From: Chrysomallon squamiferum
Taxonomy: Eukaryota; Animalia; Mollusca
Assembly (NCBI GenBank): GCA_012295275.1
Contig: CM022671.1
Coordinates: 23,002,001 to 23,066,000 of the forward strand
Length of the DNA: 64,000 nt
Direction: 5' to 3'
Shown here: one piece after another, positions 59,605 to 64,000 of the stretch
How positions within the stretch are numbered: the first letter of the stretch is position 1
Layout of the letters: each line of letters begins with the position of its first letter
The notes under the pieces: model-generated
Seen by the model: only the letters and a program-made list of their open reading frames with translations
Told to the model about the DNA's origin: nothing
Database searches by the model: none
Made by a program: the position numbers and the translations under genes

Positions 59605-61411
59605 ACAAAAAAACAAACAAACAAACAAGAAAACAAACAAACAAACAAACAAATAAATAAATAAAACACTATTTCTACTGACATCTCTATCTCTAAGGTC
59701 ATAGTTCTGCTAACTGTAAGTACAAGTATTTTACTAGAGACAGCACTGTCCATAAATTCATATTCCTTAGCGATTGTAATAAATAAAAATACTTTTGTTA
59801 GAAATAGTAACATATTTGAAATAAAAATTTTATTGGAGATTGTAAGATGTCTGAAGATGATATTTCCAAAGTTACAGTACCAGTATTGATAACAGTATTT
59901 GTAATTTTAAAAAAATAAAAGAAAAGAGAATGATTTTATTTCATCTCTTTACTAGCTAAGTACCAAATGACATAACCGCTACGAAAACGGAGACTGTATT
60001 ACAACGAAAAGTCATTAAACATTTTCACGTATGTTTCGAAAATAAGAATAAAATACATTTTTTTTTTTTTTTTTTTTTTCCACACCCTTAAAAAAAAATA
60101 AATAAATAAATATTATTTCGTTAATTAAACTTATGGTGCTATATATTTTCAAGTAGCATTTTGGGATTCTTATCTGGTCCAGTGTCGTTTTACTGCTGCA
60201 GTGTACATAGCAATGTTTGACGTGTTCTAATCATGTGCCTTTTATTCGACAACAAAAGATGGTCTCTAAACTCTTATAGCTGAAATGACAAGTCGTAGAT
60301 AATAAAGCATTGTTGAGTTTTTCTAAATAATGTAACTGTGTTTGTTATTTGTTCATTGTTCAGGGTTTATAATATTGGCCTCAGTCAGATCCATTCCTCT
60401 TGCGATCGTCATTTTGGTGCATTTCTCGTTCCAACCAGTATCCCTTCAAAGGATAATCAAAGGCTATAGTTTAATACTTTCCTATTTGTTGTAAATTGCT
60501 TTTAACGGATTTTTTTAAATGCTAATATGTTAATATCAGTCATCACATTATAACACTTCATCAGTCAGGTTTTGGAATAGAAAATGCAGAAAAGTAAACC
60601 ATTGTAATTATAAAACACTACGAATGTGGTGTCTAATGAGCACGAAATACATGTAATAAGTGATAATTGAACATATTTACGGTGACGTTTTAGTCTAAGG
60701 CTTATAAATGTGATTATGTAACCGTTAATGTAATTGTATCAATGAATATACAGGAATTAACCATATATACATTTATTACTTGGCGTGATGATATTGATTA
60801 ATCTCGCTTTCGCAGTCGTGCATTTTAGCTGTTTGTCTAAAATATTTCAAAAACATCTGAATGTTTTTGTGTTAAGAAGTACTTATTTTTGAAAGAAATA
60901 AAATTAAATTAAAAACTAAAAAGATTAAATCCAGTTATCTCATATTGTACTATTATGTTTAAAAGCAGGCAACAACAAAACAAATAAATAAAACGACAAA
61001 AAATAATTTAAAAAAAAGTAAATAAAATAAATAAATAGATATTCAAAATAAACAAATAAATAAAAAATTTTTTTAAATAAATAATTATATTTATTTTTTA
61101 ACACAAAAATAAAAATATAAATGCATGTTGACTCAGACTTCTAAGCATTTTTCTAATGGCTACTGCTGCTACTGCTACCAGTACAATTATTATTATTGAT
61201 AATACTACTTCACGTAGACATAGACACACTCATACCCAAACCATACATCCACTTACAACATACACAAACACACATAACACACATATACAGACACAAACAC
61301 ATACACACACACACACAGACATACAAATACTTATATATAATTATATTGTTTGCAATGCAAACCAGAAAGCTCAGTGAAAAAAGAAATGAATAAAAAATGA
61401 CAGTTTTTCAG

Positions 61412-61552
<141 letters not shown>

Positions 61553-63102
61553 TAATTTTATAAACCAAAGAAAAAAAAAAAAAAAAAAAAAAGATTGAAT
61601 TTTTAAAACTCATATCCTTTAAAGCAATAAAAACATACGATCTTCTGGTATTATCTACAGACCTCCAGTTGTTAGGTTGATTCATGTAAATGAAATTTTA
61701 TCTTAGCATGTCAATAAAACACACAGGCGAGGGATTCAACACAAACTTTTATTATTCGCGGAACAGTGGTTTTCACTTGAGGCACAGTCAACGCGGTCTG
61801 CCAAGAAGAAAAAGAACAAACAGCATTTTTGCAGTCAAAATTTTTTTTTTATTCACCGTTATTCTTTACCTGCTACAGTTCACGTGTTTTACTGAAAGGG
61901 TATGAAAGGAAAACAAATAAATGAGAAATATGTAAGTAAGCAAACAAATAAATAACCAAAGTAAATATATAAATAATAAATACATAAATAAATAAATAAA
62001 TAAATAAATAATTAAATAAAAATAATTAATTTAAACTAAAATAAATAAACAAACTAACAAATGAATAATTTAACAAATTAATAAATAAATTAGTATTATT
62101 CTTTACCAGGTACACATCACGTGGTTTGGTGAAAGTATAAAAGGAAAATAAATAAATACAAAATACGTAAGTAAGAATAAAGTAAGAAATAATAACAGAC
62201 AAACAAACAAAACAAAAAACTAACAAACATATCTACCATACTTAAACAGAGTACTACACCGTTAACGTTTGGAAATAACATATAATGTACCTTTATATCT
62301 CCATGTATAGAGATGAACGAATACGTTTAAATTGTAATGAATATAAAATACAGATTAAAATTCATATACCAAACTTTGAATAAATATAACCGGATCTATT
62401 AATACAGCACTAGATATAAAATGGATAATAAAATACATATTTAATATATTTACTATCATTATTATTATTTTCTTTTATATATATATAGATATATATAAAA
62501 TTTTAACGTGCAGAGACACGTAACTATTTTTGTTCCCTCTCTCTTGTTTTGCCTGCTCTTACTTAGGTTATCAAATACTGAAATAGCATAGCTATAACAG
62601 TTAACCTTTAACTCTAATAGTTCAGACTGTTACGTCAAGTGCTTTGTGTAGTAACCTTTGACAGAATATTATCAGTGAATGTAGTCCATAAAAAAGTTTT
62701 AAAACTCTACTAAAACTCAGCACTTCAAAAGAAAACTGATATATTTTTATTTTTTTTAAGCTCCAGACGTCATTTGTTTTCAACTATGCTAAGATTAACA
62801 ATGTTTTCGATTTACTCTACACAATAATTAATGAACTTTCAAAGAACATACCTGGTCGAACGGCAGAGCTATTAATTATTTTCACTCCAAAGCTTAACAA
62901 TAGATCGAAGTGCGAGCTTAACAACGAAAACACGCTGAGGCATTCAGGAGTACTGGATGGAAAGATCAATACCTATTGTTATTTTGTAATCCATTTCCTA
63001 GACCTAGTTTGTGTACTGTAATATTTTTGGTAGACGTTGAAAGGTAAGTGCCCTCTGCTTGGGAATTTTAAAATAGTCGAATAAGTCACCAGAACCTAAA
63101 GG

Positions 63103-64000
63103 ATGCCAGAGAATAGCAAAAGAGAGAATAAAGATGAAAGGCGAAGTCGTGATTCAGGAAAACGATCATTTCAAGGTGAAGACCGTGTCAAATCGGTGCA
63201 CGATAAAGAATCAAGAGAACGTACCGAACACAGAAGTCAAAGAAACAGCAGAGAACAAGGACAAGAAAAAACTGAAACACCCGAGAAAGGTAACGAAAGA
63301 AGAGAGAGTCGGGTGCAGACTGGAGAAAACACGAGACAGGAAAATAAAAGAATGTCAGTGAAAGATAAGGAAAATAGTAAAGAGGGCAGACAGAGTGAGA
63401 AACACGGTTCCCCAGTTAGCTCGGCGCGTACGAAACAATCCTTACCAAAAACTAGTTCAGAGAATAGTACTGAAACAAAGAAGGAAAAGGAAGAAGACGG
63501 AAGTGTGGTCAGTACGAACGTAGATGTTGTTAGTGGAAGCGGGTACACGACGCCTGGGTCGGGATCTCTGAACAGACACAATTTTGACTGGAGTAATTTC
63601 GTGTACAAAGAGAACTACGAGGAGGTGAAAAGTCCTCGCGTTGTTCTGACTGTGGGACCCGAACCGTGCAGCTGTTACCCAGCAACAAGCAGCAACACAG
63701 TCTCTTCCATGCTCTACGATAAAATACGATGCATCCACTGCAACAACATCGGACAAACGCAGGCCAACGTCAAATTATTTGACGACGGATGGGATAACGT
63801 TCCCCGAACATCTAAAACGGAGTCGTTTCAAGTCAGATCGAAAACTCTTTTCTATGGTTACCCACGCCCGGTGCTTAACAAAACTGATTCTGACGATGAT
63901 TCGCTAAGAACGCAAAGTGAAGTGAAAACAACACATTCACGGAACGATGATGAATTGTCAGTTTTTACATCAGTTTCCAAAATTGAAGAAAAAAGAAATT
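63103..64000 (+). CDS. Uncharacterised protein (3'-truncated by window end), charged low-complexity N-terminus followed by CxC...CxH motif
   Basis: Manual translation: in-frame TAA at 63097, ATG at 63103, then no stop to 64000 (>=299 codons): MPENSKRENKDERRSRDSGKRSF...FDWSNFVYKENYEEVKSPRVVLTVGPEPCSCYPATSSNTVSSMLYDKIRCIHCNNIG...LFYGYPRPVLNKTDSDDD... Confidence 0.8.
   Translation, partial: MPENSKRENKDERRSRDSGKRSFQGEDRVKSVHDKESRERTEHRSQRNSREQGQEKTETPEKGNERRESRVQTGENTRQENKRMSVKDKENSKEGRQSEKHGSPVSSARTKQSLPKTSSENSTETKKEKEEDGSVVSTNVDVVSGSGYTTPGSGSLNRHNFDWSNFVYKENYEEVKSPRVVLTVGPEPCSCYPATSSNTVSSMLYDKIRCIHCNNIGQTQANVKLFDDGWDNVPRTSKTESFQVRSKTLFYGYPRPVLNKTDSDDDSLRTQSEVKTTHSRNDDELSVFTSVSKIEEKRN

Noticed and set aside
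63134-63756. 75-aa + ORF and 123/99-aa - ORFs
   Set aside because: They are out-of-frame or antisense shadows of the long ORF starting at 63103.

Overview
AT-rich, microsatellite-dense eukaryotic DNA, invertebrate-like; a mollusc is plausible but not provable from this window. It is not prokaryotic. The main feature is a four-coding-exon + strand gene (13540-14047, 45530-45649, 51111-51248, 56002-56441; all introns GT-AG, phase 1; 401 aa). It encodes a secreted fibrinogen-related (FReD) protein with angiopoietin-like architecture: signal peptide, coiled coil, Pro/Thr linker, C-terminal FBG domain. A 320-codon single-exon ORF (52878-53840, - strand) is nested antisense in its third intron. A second long ORF (63103 to the window end, + strand, >=299 codons) is absent from the supplied ORF track because it has no stop inside the window. 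These two otherwise low-complexity proteins share a 28-aa Cys/His motif, P-x2-CxC[FY]P-x2-SS-x4-SM[VL]YD[EK]IRCxH (14/28 identical), that I do not recognise. This suggests a divergently arranged paralogous pair from a possibly undescribed gene family. Also present: an in-frame duplicated splice acceptor at FReD exon 2, a ~140-bp-arm inverted repeat, a ~26-unit minisatellite, degraded dispersed repeats and many simple repeats.
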